Shown here piece by piece: positions 10,141 to 20,542 of a stretch of 64,000 nucleotides of DNA. Position 1 is the stretch's first letter, and the number at the start of each line of letters is the position of its first letter. The notes under the pieces were generated by a model, which had not been told where the DNA came from, did not search any database, and was given only the letters and a program-made list of their open reading frames with translations. Origin of the DNA: a virus (lineage: Duplodnaviria > Caudoviricetes); IMG/VR virus record IMGVR_UViG_3300044627_001244, positions 506-64,505 of that record, one strand, 5' to 3'. Both the position numbers and the translations under genes were made by a program.

Positions 10141-10884
10141 TTAGCCGATCATGTCTGAAACAGGCAGAGAGTAAGTGTTGATCATCTCTTCCTCTAACTT
10201 ACGTATTTCTTCGTTTGCCTCTTCCCAGATTTTTTGTCCGTTAAATGTAACTCCGCCAGGCATTGTCATGCCTTCGAATTTTTTGAGATTGTCGCCCCAT
10301 TGTCTTTTGATCAATTGTGTAGCATAGTTTTGTAGCCAACGATCAGTCCAAACGTCTGTATAGACTTCAGGATCAACTAATTGATATGCTTCAACAACAA
10401 CGTATTCGCCAACCGTTGTTTTTTCTAGCCATGCCATATCAATATAAAGTTTATTGATATGACGATTATATCTGAGTGCTTGCTTGCCTACAAATAGTTC
10501 TTCGGCAAGTGCTACGTTTTGCAGAGCCATATAGTATGGTGCATAACTTGTAGAATTGAATGCGTATAGATCATTCAATGAAATTTGATATCTCAGATTG
10601 AAAAGATTGTTGGTAGAATAGGAATCTCCAATATCAAAGATGTTTACAACACCAATAATGTTTTGCGGTATTGTCAGATACTTATTCGTTTGATCTTGTG
10701 CTGTAATTTGATAGAGTAAATACGTCTTTTCAGAACCATCAAAATGATAATCGTGATAATATGCGAGTGCTTCGTCAACTCTGTCTTCAACTTGATCATT
10801 ATCAACGTTGATTTCAAGAACAGGCTTGCCTAGTTTTTTTAGGCAGTATTCAATGAAGTCTTCTCTAGAGGTTGGTTTTGCCAT
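10141..10884 (-). CDS. gp13: Neck protein
   Basis: LGKPVLEINVD, HFDG, KRQWGDNLKKFEGMTMPGGVTFNG. Confidence 0.95.
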   Translation of the reverse strand: MAKPTSREDFIEYCLKKLGKPVLEINVDNDQVEDRVDEALAYYHDYHFDGSEKTYLLYQITAQDQTNKYLTIPQNIIGVVNIFDIGDSYSTNNLFNLRYQISLNDLYAFNSTSYAPYYMALQNVALAEELFVGKQALRYNRHINKLYIDMAWLEKTTVGEYVVVEAYQLVDPEVYTDVWTDRWLQNYATQLIKRQWGDNLKKFEGMTMPGGVTFNGQKIWEEANEEIRKLEEEMINTYSLPVSDMIG

Positions 10885-10912
10885 GAATGTGGTCCTTTAA
10901 ATTTAACACCTC

Positions 10913-10920
10913 TATTTATA
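10913..10920 (-). promoter_or_regulatory. T4-type late promoter TATAAATA
   Basis: Exact motif upstream of gp13. Confidence 0.75.
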
Positions 10921-10934
10921 ATTCGGGAGAAAAT

Positions 10935-10963
10935 AAAAAACCCACCGAGTGGTGGGATTTTTT
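10935..10963. terminator. Terminator hairpin, probably bidirectional
   Basis: AAAAAACCCACC-GAGT-GGTGGGATTTTTT with A/T tails on both sides. Confidence 0.7.
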
Positions 10964-10978
10964 ATATAAAACCAAAAT

Positions 10979-11227
10979 TTAAAATTTAATTAAATATTTT
11001 ATTTTTTGAATTATACTTTTTGGCTGTTTTTCTAGAGGTAGATTTTTTATGGGAGTTTTTTTCACATTTAAAACAATAAACATATCTGGACTATAGATTG
11101 TTCCTGATGCAAGTATCTTCGGTCCTTCAACTTTAGCGTGGTTTTTAGACTCTGCTTCGAGACAAATTAAAGTTCCTTTGTTTTTATTTGGATTTAAAAA
11201 CTCTATATCGTAATATTTTGACATCAA
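10979..11227 (-). CDS. Hypothetical protein (very AT-rich)
   Basis: 82-aa ORF in operon orientation; no recognisable motif. Confidence 0.5.
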   Translation of the reverse strand: MMSKYYDIEFLNPNKNKGTLICLEAESKNHAKVEGPKILASGTIYSPDMFIVLNVKKTPIKNLPLEKQPKSIIQKIKYLIKF

Positions 11228-11250
11228 TAAATTCCCAACATTAAATATTT

Positions 11251-12348
11251 TTAAGTGGCATTGGTAGGATATGTTCTAGGAGATGCTCCTCCATAGATAA
11301 TTCTTACGCCTCCAACTGCACCATTACCCTGACCGGAAATATAACCGTAGTGGAAACTTCCTCCACCGCCACCTGGAGCGCCTCCTTGTCCTCCACCACC
11401 CGGACTACTAAAAAATGTTCCTGTGTCACCTCCAGAACCGCCACCACCACCAGCGCCATTCGATCCGCCTGCGCCGGCCGGACCTTGACCATAAAGTCCT
11501 GTGCCGCCACCGCCTCCGGTTCCATAAGTGCCACCAATGAATCCATGGCCACCACCACCGCCCGCGCCACCGGTACCTGGAGATCCTGCACCACCAGTGG
11601 AGGTATTGGAATTTCCTCCCTTACCTGCGTATCCTCCGGCGCCAGCGCCAGCGGCATTGTTATTTTTAATTGAATCGCCTCCATCACCACCTCCATCACC
11701 AGTATAAGTTCCTCCTGGTCCGTTGCCGCCCGGTGGTCCGCCTGTTCCTCCAAATCCAGCAACAGTTCCAGTGCTTGAAAAATATGAAGTGCCGCCGTTG
11801 GTTCCAGTGCCGCCGGTAGACAGTCCACGGGCGCCCACAACTACTGTATATGATGAACCTGGAGATACGGGAATATTATTTTTCCAACCAAGTCCTCCGC
11901 CACCACCGCCACCCCAATCTGAACTGGCGCCAGCGCCACCGCCTCCGCCCACACACACGACAGCCACGCTTGTTACACCTGCTGGAACTGTAAAAGAATA
12001 TGTTCCTGCGGTTGTATATACCGTTTCTCCTGCGGCTACGAATGGAGTGACACTATTGCTAGGAGAACTTTCTGCGCTGTATCCTACAGCATTTTCGGCG
12101 GCCACAGTAAATGTATATGAGGTTCCTGTTGTGAGTCCTGATACTGTAATCGGTGAAGATGCTCCTGTCGCAGTTTGTCCTCCGCTACTTGTTACTCTAT
12201 ATCCTGTAATTGGTGCACCACCATTATTTCCCGGCGCAGTAAAAGTTACAGATACTTGAGTCGAACTAGTTGCAGTTGCAGTTCCAATTGTCGGAGCATC
12301 AGGAACTCTTGCGCCTGCTGATCCAATTAACATATTTCTTACGCTCAT
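11251..12348 (-). CDS. Fibronectin type III + glycine-rich virion fibre/tip protein
   Basis: N-terminal FN3 (PDAPTIGTAT...GGAPITGYRVTS...GTSYTFTVAAENAVG), then FTVPAGVTSVAVVCVGGGGG glycine-rich domain ending GGVRIIY. Confidence 0.8.
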   Translation of the reverse strand: MSVRNMLIGSAGARVPDAPTIGTATATSSTQVSVTFTAPGNNGGAPITGYRVTSSGGQTATGASSPITVSGLTTGTSYTFTVAAENAVGYSAESSPSNSVTPFVAAGETVYTTAGTYSFTVPAGVTSVAVVCVGGGGGAGASSDWGGGGGGGLGWKNNIPVSPGSSYTVVVGARGLSTGGTGTNGGTSYFSSTGTVAGFGGTGGPPGGNGPGGTYTGDGGGDGGDSIKNNNAAGAGAGGYAGKGGNSNTSTGGAGSPGTGGAGGGGGHGFIGGTYGTGGGGGTGLYGQGPAGAGGSNGAGGGGGSGGDTGTFFSSPGGGGQGGAPGGGGGSFHYGYISGQGNGAVGGVRIIYGGASPRTYPTNAT

Positions 12349-12404
12349 ATTTTATTTTCCTTAGTTAAGATTTATAGTTAATCTATTCAATTTAACTTAT
12401 TAGA

Positions 12405-14132
12405 TTAAGTCAATCCACCGCCGTTGATTACAAACTCACCAGACGCAACGCAAAGAACTGTTGCAATACCTCTTTGTGCAAGTGTTCGTGTGCCTGTGTT
12501 TGAAGTACCGGCTTGTCTTAATGTGACGCTTGCGCCTTGTAAAATAGAAATTGAACTGCTTGAGTTATTGTAAATTGTAACCACTTGACCAACGGTGAAT
12601 ATTGCGTTTGGAACAGTTACGTTACCTGTAGCAGTTACAGTCTTACCACTATCGGCAAGAACAAGTGTATATGAACCTGTTGTAGCATTCAGAGGAACTT
12701 CACGAACGTTACCTTTGCTGTCGTAAATGTCACCACCAGCATAAACATCTTCTGCGATACCTGCACCACCAGAGACAATCAACGCACCTGTTGTGGTGCT
12801 TGAAGATGCTGTGCTGTCAACTGCTTTTAAGGCACCAACTTGAAGTGTTGAGTATGTTGCGCCTGAGAAGTTAACGGTGTTTGCAGGTTCGTTTGCAATG
12901 CCGGCGAACAGTTTGTAAATACCAGAATCACTTGCATCGCGAACGAGACCAGTATACTTAGTGCCTGACGATGTGTATTCGCCAACAATACCTAAATCAA
13001 GTATGTCAGCGGCGTTGTTTGAACCAACGAAAATAATTGGATTGTCAACTTGCAGAGATGATGTAGAAACTGTGTTACCGCCACCACCAAGTGTAATTGT
13101 ACCGGTAATTGCTACGTTACCACCAATGTTCAAGTTACCCACAAGACCGATACCACCGTTAACTGTCAAAGCACCTGTTGTTGTGTTTGAAGATTGTGTA
13201 TCAATTTCAATGTGAATGTTTTGACCTGGAGTAATCACCATCTGAGTGTTATTTGCAGGATCATCGAAACCTTCAGCAGAGAAAATGATCTTGTTGCCTG
13301 TACCGTTACCACCAGTACCAATTACAAGGTCACCGGATTCAGTTGTTCCGACTGGTGCTTGATACAGAAGATACGCATCGTCCGCTTTAGTAACGCCATA
13401 AGCACCTTCAGCATAGTTTTCTGAGTTAACGCCCATCGATACCCAACCTTGGTCGGTGTTACCTGAGTGGTGAATTGCAATAAATTCTGCGTATGAGTTT
13501 GCGCCTGTGTTTGTGTTAACAACAAGCATATCAGTTGCGGCATTTGTATTAGCAATACCAAATACTTTGTGAGTAGTTTGATCATCGCCTTTTGCGGCTA
13601 CCCAAACTGAAAGTTCTCCACCAGCACCAATGTGTTCGTCTGCGTGAAGGTCAACGGTTGCTCGAACGCCTTTTGATATTTCAAAATATCCGTTTGATGA
13701 GAAAAATGTTGCGTTATTTGCACCAGAACCAAATGTTGTATTGCCACTTAATGTCGTTGCACCAGTAACGCTAAGAGTTCCTGATGATGTTACGTTTGGT
13801 GTGCTTACTGCACCCGATACAGTCAATACATTGGTTGACGTATTGAAAGTTAATCCGGAATCATCTATCAGTAATCCTGCTGAACTAACCACAGGTATCC
13901 TACCTGAAGTTAAATCGCTAAGAGTTATTGTATTCGAAGTAATTCCGGTTGAATATAATAAATCTATTGTTCCTGTGTTAGAACTTATATTAGCAGGAAA
14001 TAATAGTGTGGAACCTCTAGCAGGAGGACTATCTCCTCCAGTAATACTACTAAGCGTATTTGCTACTTCATTATGTGCTGATCTAAACTCATTAAAAGTA
14101 TTAGATAATTGGACGTTTGTGAATGCTGTCAT
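12405..14132 (-). CDS. Tail fibre-like structural protein
   Basis: N-terminal SNTFNEFR-type anchor, repeated SSxTTTGALxVxGGxG, DLGIVGEY, and C-terminal SYTLVLADSGK...GEFVINGG tip module. Confidence 0.7.
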   Translation of the reverse strand: MTAFTNVQLSNTFNEFRSAHNEVANTLSSITGGDSPPARGSTLLFPANISSNTGTIDLLYSTGITSNTITLSDLTSGRIPVVSSAGLLIDDSGLTFNTSTNVLTVSGAVSTPNVTSSGTLSVTGATTLSGNTTFGSGANNATFFSSNGYFEISKGVRATVDLHADEHIGAGGELSVWVAAKGDDQTTHKVFGIANTNAATDMLVVNTNTGANSYAEFIAIHHSGNTDQGWVSMGVNSENYAEGAYGVTKADDAYLLYQAPVGTTESGDLVIGTGGNGTGNKIIFSAEGFDDPANNTQMVITPGQNIHIEIDTQSSNTTTGALTVNGGIGLVGNLNIGGNVAITGTITLGGGGNTVSTSSLQVDNPIIFVGSNNAADILDLGIVGEYTSSGTKYTGLVRDASDSGIYKLFAGIANEPANTVNFSGATYSTLQVGALKAVDSTASSSTTTGALIVSGGAGIAEDVYAGGDIYDSKGNVREVPLNATTGSYTLVLADSGKTVTATGNVTVPNAIFTVGQVVTIYNNSSSSISILQGASVTLRQAGTSNTGTRTLAQRGIATVLCVASGEFVINGGGLT

Positions 14133-14134
14133 GG

Positions 14135-14398
14135 TTATTCTCTCTCTTTAGTGATTTTTAGCAATAAGGTTTTAATTTCTGTCAGATCGCACTTAATCTG
14201 GTTGATTTCAGACTTTACCGCGTCTATTTCTGAACTATTCTTATTTATATCAATTAACTTACGTCTTTGAATTTTATACTTCAAAAGTGAGTCAATGTCC
14301 GTGTTCAAAATAGCCTTTGAGTGAGTGTCTCTCTCTGTAAAGCCCCTAACCGGCTCCGAAACAATAAGTTTATTTGTTGGATTCATGTGCTTAAGCAA
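14135..14398 (-). CDS. Small coiled-coil virion protein
   Basis: RDTHSKAILNTD followed by heptad coiled coil (EINQIKCDLTEIKTLL); typically follows the VrlC-like gene in T4-like phages. True start may be the internal Met. Confidence 0.7.
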   Translation of the reverse strand: MLKHMNPTNKLIVSEPVRGFTERDTHSKAILNTDIDSLLKYKIQRRKLIDINKNSSEIDAVKSEINQIKCDLTEIKTLLLKITKERE

Positions 14399-17300
14399 GT
14401 GCGATAGCCCTCAAATCTTTTACCTTAGGTGCAATATTTGCACTACTTGAGGTAAACACGACTTTGATGGCAAAGTATTTGTATCCGTTGAATGTTCTGC
14501 CGTCAGGTGTGGTATATGCAACTTCATTATTTAGGACTTTATAAATTTCTTGTCCTGATGCAGAACCACCAAATCCGCTTTCAACTGTCAAGAAGGTGTT
14601 GTTTGCAATCGTTGCAACAACTCTTTCTGTTCTAGCAGTACCAACAGCAATTGTGTCTCCAATTTTTAAATCTTCAATGAAGCGAGTAGATGTGCCATTC
14701 ACACTAGTGCCAGTAGTTACGCTAACTGTTCCTGCTAGTAATTCTGAGCCTCCAGTTTTTGCTACTGAAGGAACCACATACTTCTCTTCTTTGAATACTT
14801 CTCTGTCGGAGGTAAATGTTTCTGCACCAACCAATGACATTTCTGTGTAGAATTTGTCATCAAAACTGTCCGTATCGTTTTCGTTCAGAAGTTTGCAGTA
14901 TACTTTGATACCTGTTCCTGCTGGACGATTGATGTTCAAATAAACAGCCAAGTCAGTTGCTTCAAACCCGTCATTCAGTTCAACTGCGCGAGTAATGTAT
15001 CGTGACTCTGAAGAGTAAGGACCGCTTGGATTTTCTTCTCTACGAATCTGGATTGTCTCACCAGCACCTGATGTGGTGAAGTTTGTTGCAACTGTCAGGT
15101 ATGTGTTGTTGCTGATTTGCTGAATTCTACGGTATTCATCTCCAAAATAGGCATACTCACCAGCAAATACAGTATTTGCAAAGTCAGTAGATGAGCCAAC
15201 TACAATATTTGAACCGCTGTTGAACGTTACTGTGCCTGTAATGTCGGTATATGTAGAGTTGTTGATAATGTTCTTTGAGAATCCAAAACGAATGTTTTCA
15301 TTATCAACATATGGCGTTACATACTGATTGTTTGTTGTTAGTGTTGCTCTCAATTGTAGAGATTTAATGTTATTTGTTGTCTCTGTAGTTGATGTTGCAA
15401 TTTTTCTTCTAGATGCAAGAATTAGACGTTCATAGTTCTTAATGTCTGTCCAGTCAGAATCAACAACGTTGTTTTCATCGATTGTTTTAATCTGATATTG
15501 AATATTTGTGTCGGAAAGAATCTGATCAGAAATCATTGCCTGTAGAGCGTCATATGTATATGCGGCGTTTATAGGAATATTGTTCCAATATGCAATCTTA
15601 GATGTGGTATCAAACTTAGCAATTCTCATAGTAAACTTAACATCTAAGTTTTGTTTAGCCGTCCAAGTTCTATCATTCGATGATGTGAATAAAACACCAG
15701 TACCATAAGCGGCTTCAATTCTTGTTCCGCGTTCTGCATCTGAAATGTCTACTTCACCAAGTTCCGCTACCCAAATTGCAAAATCTGGATCGTTTGCTTC
15801 TGGCTTAATACAGAATGCATATTCATTTCCTGGACCAAGATAGATTGGATTCTTAAATGTAAATTTAGTTGCACTTGTAGCATCTTCAGAAACGTTAATG
15901 CTCGCATTGTTAACGATTGATTTATCACCAATACCAATTACTTTAGCACCAGGATAACCATTCACCATTTCACGAATTTCCACACTAACATTTCTTGTGT
16001 TGTCTCTAGACTTAGTTCTGAAAAACAGATCAATAGATGTTACATAGAATCCAGATGGATATGTTTCTGAGTCAACGAAGAACGACTGAGACAATGGATC
16101 CCAGTTTCTTGGTGGAGGTGGCGGAGGAATAAACTCGCTATTAGTTGTAACTCGGTTCTCATTAATTGTTTGTCTTCCAACAATCTGAATTGCGTCTGCA
16201 CTATTGAAACTTACATCAAATGGTCTGCTGTTAATTGTAATTGCACTCTTAACTTGAGTAAGTGCTTGAGCGAAGATAGTATTTCTAGCACTAGTTAAGG
16301 TTGTGCCTTCAGCATTTGTTGGACTGTCTGTTATTCTAAATTCTCTTTGACCAACGAAGAATGTATTTGATGGAACTGTAAACAACAAATAAATTTCATT
16401 GTTTTCTACACGCATATCTTCAGAAGCGCCGTCTTTAATACTAATCCAATCAGTATTTTCTCCGCTAATTGTTCCATCATTGTCGAAGTTTTCGTTAACT
16501 AGTTCTACTAGTGTTTTTGTTCCAGTTAAACGAATTTGTTGGCAATGTTCGGTAACATCAATATTGTCAAAGAATGCATAAATTTTAGATTCACTCTTCA
16601 AACCTGTAGCATGAATAATGAAATCTCTGCTTCTCATATAAAGAGAAGCAATTACATCAACAACTCTATCGCTAGAAATTGTTTGAGTTGCACCCTGTTG
16701 TGCAGATGCCAATTGCTGTGCAAGAGACTGAGTAGTTCTTTGCAATTGAGATGTAATTCTCCAATTACCGGATATCGTTGATTGCGTAGTGCCTGCAACG
16801 AAACTTGTTTCAGTTGGTCCTGTTAGGAATTGATTTAATGGAGCAACTTCAGAGTTCCACGCATCAACAAGTGCTGCCCAGTTATCCGCTTCTCCAGTAT
16901 CATCATATATGATTGCTCTATCTGGATCATTTGTAGTCTCTACCCAATTGTCTACGAATGGGTAAATTGACATATCTCCCGTCCAAATAAAGTTAAGTTC
17001 TTCTGCAAGTCTTAACTGACGGGAAGCATATGGCTGAGTGAGTGTGCTAACTGCAACTTCAGTATAAGGCAACATTATTTTATTGCCATCTTGCAATTCT
17101 GTTGTAGAAATTGCAGAGTTATATCTGAATGCGGTATTATTTGCGTTGTCTTGTTTCGCAGTTACAAAGCGATTCGTTCTGTCAATAGATGCAGACCAGT
17201 CTGGACTCGAAACGGCTGATACTGAATATCCAGTAAATGCGTCAACAAGAATACCATTCTTGAATCTATCAAGTCCAACTTCATCAATTTCAGTTTTGTC

Positions 17301-20300
17301 TGAGGCTTGCTTTTCTAAGAAAGAAAGTGTGGTGAAGTATTCTAGTTTTTCAATTCGGTCGTTCATCTTAGAGATATCACGCATCGTGAATCTCTTGTTC
17401 TTCTTCAACTTAATGCGAACGTCTTTTGGACGAGAAGGATATGCAGGAATAATAACTTCAGCAATTTCAAGTGTATCTGGAAGTTTAGGTGGAGCAAATG
17501 GAGCCTGATTGCCTCCAGCCGCTGGCACACCATTGTTGACACCAAATTGTCCTTTACTGTTTACATACAGAGTAACAATTCTACCTTTGTAGTAAATTAA
17601 GTCTGCATCAAAATCTGATGAAGGCTTAGGCGTATGAAGACCGCCAAATGGAACTTGATAAGTTCCAGGATCGGCAGGGTTGACGCCCGTAGCCGCAGTT
17701 TTAATTGGTCTAAAGTCTACGCAATTACGCAGATCATATAATCGTTTTGTAATTGGACTTGTGAAAGTTGGTATGTTAACAGTATTAATTGTTGTGTTTG
17801 ACGTTGCAGTATCATCAACAGGATACGAATCTACTGACGCATAGCCAAGACCTTGTGAAGTATCGTGTGTAAAATGATCAAATACAACTAGTAAACGACC
17901 TGTTGGAACTACACCTGCTTTAGGTGTAATTGTTGCATGTTCGTAAGAGTAATCTGTTTGACCATTATTAACTGAATAACTTGAAGTAACGTTTGTGTTA
18001 CTTGTGGATGCCGCAATACTAAAGTTTGAAGACTGATAAATTGCATGAAGTTGATACAAGTCACCATAACCCAAACCAAATGGACCTGCAAGTCCGTTAG
18101 GATGTGTATTGGGGTTGATGTTTGCTTGTGTTTGATAATTTAATGTCTTGCGTTTTTCTCTCGCATTTGAACGGTCCATTGTAGCAACAATGTCTGCGGT
18201 AAATGTTGCATTCTCCTGAGTGCTAATAATAACTGCACCTGGCGAAGTTACATTAATAGTGCGTGACGATGCTAGTCCACCAACTTTGTCCATAGGAATA
18301 GTATAACCAGTCGGAAGAATCTTGGTGAATGTGTTTGCACTTGCGCCTGCTGTGTGATTAGATTCAATTGTCAAAGATGTGTTGTTTGAAATTGAAGCAA
18401 CTTTAACTTCTTCACCGTTAATCTTTAAAACGTCACCAATGTTAACGGCTGATGCAAATACTGTAGAAGAACCAGTTACGATCTTGGTGCCAGCAGTAAC
18501 GCTTACAGTTCCAGTAAGGGCTGCCGTTTCAACGTCTGTACCTGAATTATTTACAATAATTTGATAGTATTCGTTTTTTTGTGTCGCAGTTAGTAAATCT
18601 GTGCCAACAAAAGTTTCGCTAGAATCTGATGTTGCAACTGTGGCAGCACCTGCGTTGAAGGTAACTGTAAATTTCTTTTTGAATCTAAATCCAGATTCTA
18701 CGTTTTCTTCAGCATCTCTAACCGTCTTAATTGCACCATATGGTAATTTAAATATAAGAGCGTTGAATGATGTTTCATTTAAGACTGCACCAGTCGTACC
18801 TGTTGCAATAACAATGTCAGCATAACGCTTTACTGTTGCAGAATCATAAATTGCACGAACATCAGAGAAAACTTCTCCTGCACTCATTGTAACTTCATAC
18901 AAATACATGTTGTATTTTGCTGAAGCAGTACCTTGAACACCACTTACATATTCGACCGCACGAACTCTTGCTTCACCAATTTTGCTGCCGCTTACGCTTG
19001 CCGCAGAATATGTTCCATTTGTAATAACTTGTTGTGCGGTATCATACAAATCAACTTTTGTGGATTCTTCAAAATCCCATGCTCCACACAATTCATTGAC
19101 TTCAATGTATTGTCCGTAGTTGATTTGTGTTTTTGTTTGTTCAACATATTGTGTTGTCAAACCTTTTTCGGCTTCAATGTAATTCTTAGCAATAAATTCG
19201 CTTCTATATCCATCAACGTATGCCGTAAATGGTTCAACTTCAAATAAAAGAAGATTGTTGTTACCACCATCTGCTAATGGGTAACGACCACCATTGCTAG
19301 ACTGTAGTAAATGTTCTCTAACAGTTACAACTGGATCGTTGATTGTATAGTCTCCAGCCTCTTCTGATGTTCTTTGTGCAAGTGCATCTTCAAGTTTACT
19401 TTCAACTTCAATGTTCTTTCTCTTCTTGGCGATACCATTTTCAATGTCTAGAACAGTAACAAAATCTTCATCCGATACTGTCGCACCAAGCGCAATTTTT
19501 GTAAGTACCGTATCAATTTTAAGTCTGTCTGCACCTGGCGCTTGAAAGTTTGGTGTGCCTTGTGCATTATCTAGCAATGATTGATCTTCAATGTAATCCA
19601 CAAAAGATTTTTGTGGAACGAGGCCAATCTTATATGAAGGAATGTTTGTATATTTGTCAAGAATCAATGTCTGTGTTGTATTCTTAACAAAATGGTCTGC
19701 AAGATAAACAACACCTTCAGACACAGTAATTTTTGAGCCTTTTGTATATTCGGCTTCTGTTGCAAGACCTTCATTAACAAGTGTTGATGTTGCTCTTGTC
19801 GTTGCTGTGTTTGCGTATGATCTTCCAGTTACGTTTGAAGTAAATACAACTTCGTTTTCTTGGAATTTTGTTAAACTTCTATTATCAAGAATTGCAGTAA
19901 CGTTAAGCGGAACAGTTGTTCCAGTATTTGCAACGGTTGATGCACCACCTGTTACAAGTGTTCCATTTACGTTGGCTACAAGAATTCTATTCTGACCAGT
20001 AATTGGATGAATGAAAGTTGTTTTAATGACTGCTGTGTTGCCACTATCAAATGTGATAGTGTTTCCTGGTGTAAGTATTGTAGCCGCATTGTTTACAGTA
20101 AGAACTACACCACCAGATGTTTGATAGTTAATGAACAAGGTTTTTGGATCGGAACCGTCAAGGTCAGAAACAATACCGCAATATGCAGTAATGCCGCTAT
20201 TTGATCCAAAGATAGTTTTACCCTCAAAAGCATCAACGTCAACATCACCACCATTAAAAGTAGATTGAAGTTTAACGTAGTCAACGTTTAAGTCTAAATT

Positions 20301-20516
20301 TTGTTCACACCCATTGATTAAAGCGCCTTGCTTGAAAAAATATTCAGCAAAACGTTTAGTTTGCGCCTGTTGAAGAGTCTGTGCTTGTGTGAGTTCTCTA
20401 GCCTGAACTGCGCGTCCAGGAACGTAGAGAACTCTTACAAACTTCTTATCTTCATCATAATCATCAAAGTATGGGCTGGTGTTTAACTCTACACCACCAG
20501 GATTTGTATTAGCCAT
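14391..20516 (-). CDS. Large baseplate-associated structural protein (VrlC/DUF4815-like)
   Basis: LNTSPYFDDY, PGRAVQARELTQ, APGADRLKI, DRFKNGILVDAF, DPLSQSF, PKVKDLRAIALA. Confidence 0.88.
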   Translation of the reverse strand: MANTNPGGVELNTSPYFDDYDEDKKFVRVLYVPGRAVQARELTQAQTLQQAQTKRFAEYFFKQGALINGCEQNLDLNVDYVKLQSTFNGGDVDVDAFEGKTIFGSNSGITAYCGIVSDLDGSDPKTLFINYQTSGGVVLTVNNAATILTPGNTITFDSGNTAVIKTTFIHPITGQNRILVANVNGTLVTGGASTVANTGTTVPLNVTAILDNRSLTKFQENEVVFTSNVTGRSYANTATTRATSTLVNEGLATEAEYTKGSKITVSEGVVYLADHFVKNTTQTLILDKYTNIPSYKIGLVPQKSFVDYIEDQSLLDNAQGTPNFQAPGADRLKIDTVLTKIALGATVSDEDFVTVLDIENGIAKKRKNIEVESKLEDALAQRTSEEAGDYTINDPVVTVREHLLQSSNGGRYPLADGGNNNLLLFEVEPFTAYVDGYRSEFIAKNYIEAEKGLTTQYVEQTKTQINYGQYIEVNELCGAWDFEESTKVDLYDTAQQVITNGTYSAASVSGSKIGEARVRAVEYVSGVQGTASAKYNMYLYEVTMSAGEVFSDVRAIYDSATVKRYADIVIATGTTGAVLNETSFNALIFKLPYGAIKTVRDAEENVESGFRFKKKFTVTFNAGAATVATSDSSETFVGTDLLTATQKNEYYQIIVNNSGTDVETAALTGTVSVTAGTKIVTGSSTVFASAVNIGDVLKINGEEVKVASISNNTSLTIESNHTAGASANTFTKILPTGYTIPMDKVGGLASSRTINVTSPGAVIISTQENATFTADIVATMDRSNAREKRKTLNYQTQANINPNTHPNGLAGPFGLGYGDLYQLHAIYQSSNFSIAASTSNTNVTSSYSVNNGQTDYSYEHATITPKAGVVPTGRLLVVFDHFTHDTSQGLGYASVDSYPVDDTATSNTTINTVNIPTFTSPITKRLYDLRNCVDFRPIKTAATGVNPADPGTYQVPFGGLHTPKPSSDFDADLIYYKGRIVTLYVNSKGQFGVNNGVPAAGGNQAPFAPPKLPDTLEIAEVIIPAYPSRPKDVRIKLKKNKRFTMRDISKMNDRIEKLEYFTTLSFLEKQASDKTEIDEVGLDRFKNGILVDAFTGYSVSAVSSPDWSASIDRTNRFVTAKQDNANNTAFRYNSAISTTELQDGNKIMLPYTEVAVSTLTQPYASRQLRLAEELNFIWTGDMSIYPFVDNWVETTNDPDRAIIYDDTGEADNWAALVDAWNSEVAPLNQFLTGPTETSFVAGTTQSTISGNWRITSQLQRTTQSLAQQLASAQQGATQTISSDRVVDVIASLYMRSRDFIIHATGLKSESKIYAFFDNIDVTEHCQQIRLTGTKTLVELVNENFDNDGTISGENTDWISIKDGASEDMRVENNEIYLLFTVPSNTFFVGQREFRITDSPTNAEGTTLTSARNTIFAQALTQVKSAITINSRPFDVSFNSADAIQIVGRQTINENRVTTNSEFIPPPPPPRNWDPLSQSFFVDSETYPSGFYVTSIDLFFRTKSRDNTRNVSVEIREMVNGYPGAKVIGIGDKSIVNNASINVSEDATSATKFTFKNPIYLGPGNEYAFCIKPEANDPDFAIWVAELGEVDISDAERGTRIEAAYGTGVLFTSSNDRTWTAKQNLDVKFTMRIAKFDTTSKIAYWNNIPINAAYTYDALQAMISDQILSDTNIQYQIKTIDENNVVDSDWTDIKNYERLILASRRKIATSTTETTNNIKSLQLRATLTTNNQYVTPYVDNENIRFGFSKNIINNSTYTDITGTVTFNSGSNIVVGSSTDFANTVFAGEYAYFGDEYRRIQQISNNTYLTVATNFTTSGAGETIQIRREENPSGPYSSESRYITRAVELNDGFEATDLAVYLNINRPAGTGIKVYCKLLNENDTDSFDDKFYTEMSLVGAETFTSDREVFKEEKYVVPSVAKTGGSELLAGTVSVTTGTSVNGTSTRFIEDLKIGDTIAVGTARTERVVATIANNTFLTVESGFGGSASGQEIYKVLNNEVAYTTPDGRTFNGYKYFAIKVVFTSSSANIAPKVKDLRAIALA

Positions 20517-20542
20517 TCAAATATTTTCCAACTAACTTTAAA

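Noticed and set aside
11304-12259. Long overlapping ORFs, including a Pro-rich 178-aa plus-strand ORF
   Set aside because: Antisense or frame shadows of the glycine-rich gene (GGN codons read as CCN).
11251-14132. Diversity-generating retroelement acting on fibre tips
   Set aside because: No reverse transcriptase and no template/variable repeat pair was visible in the window.
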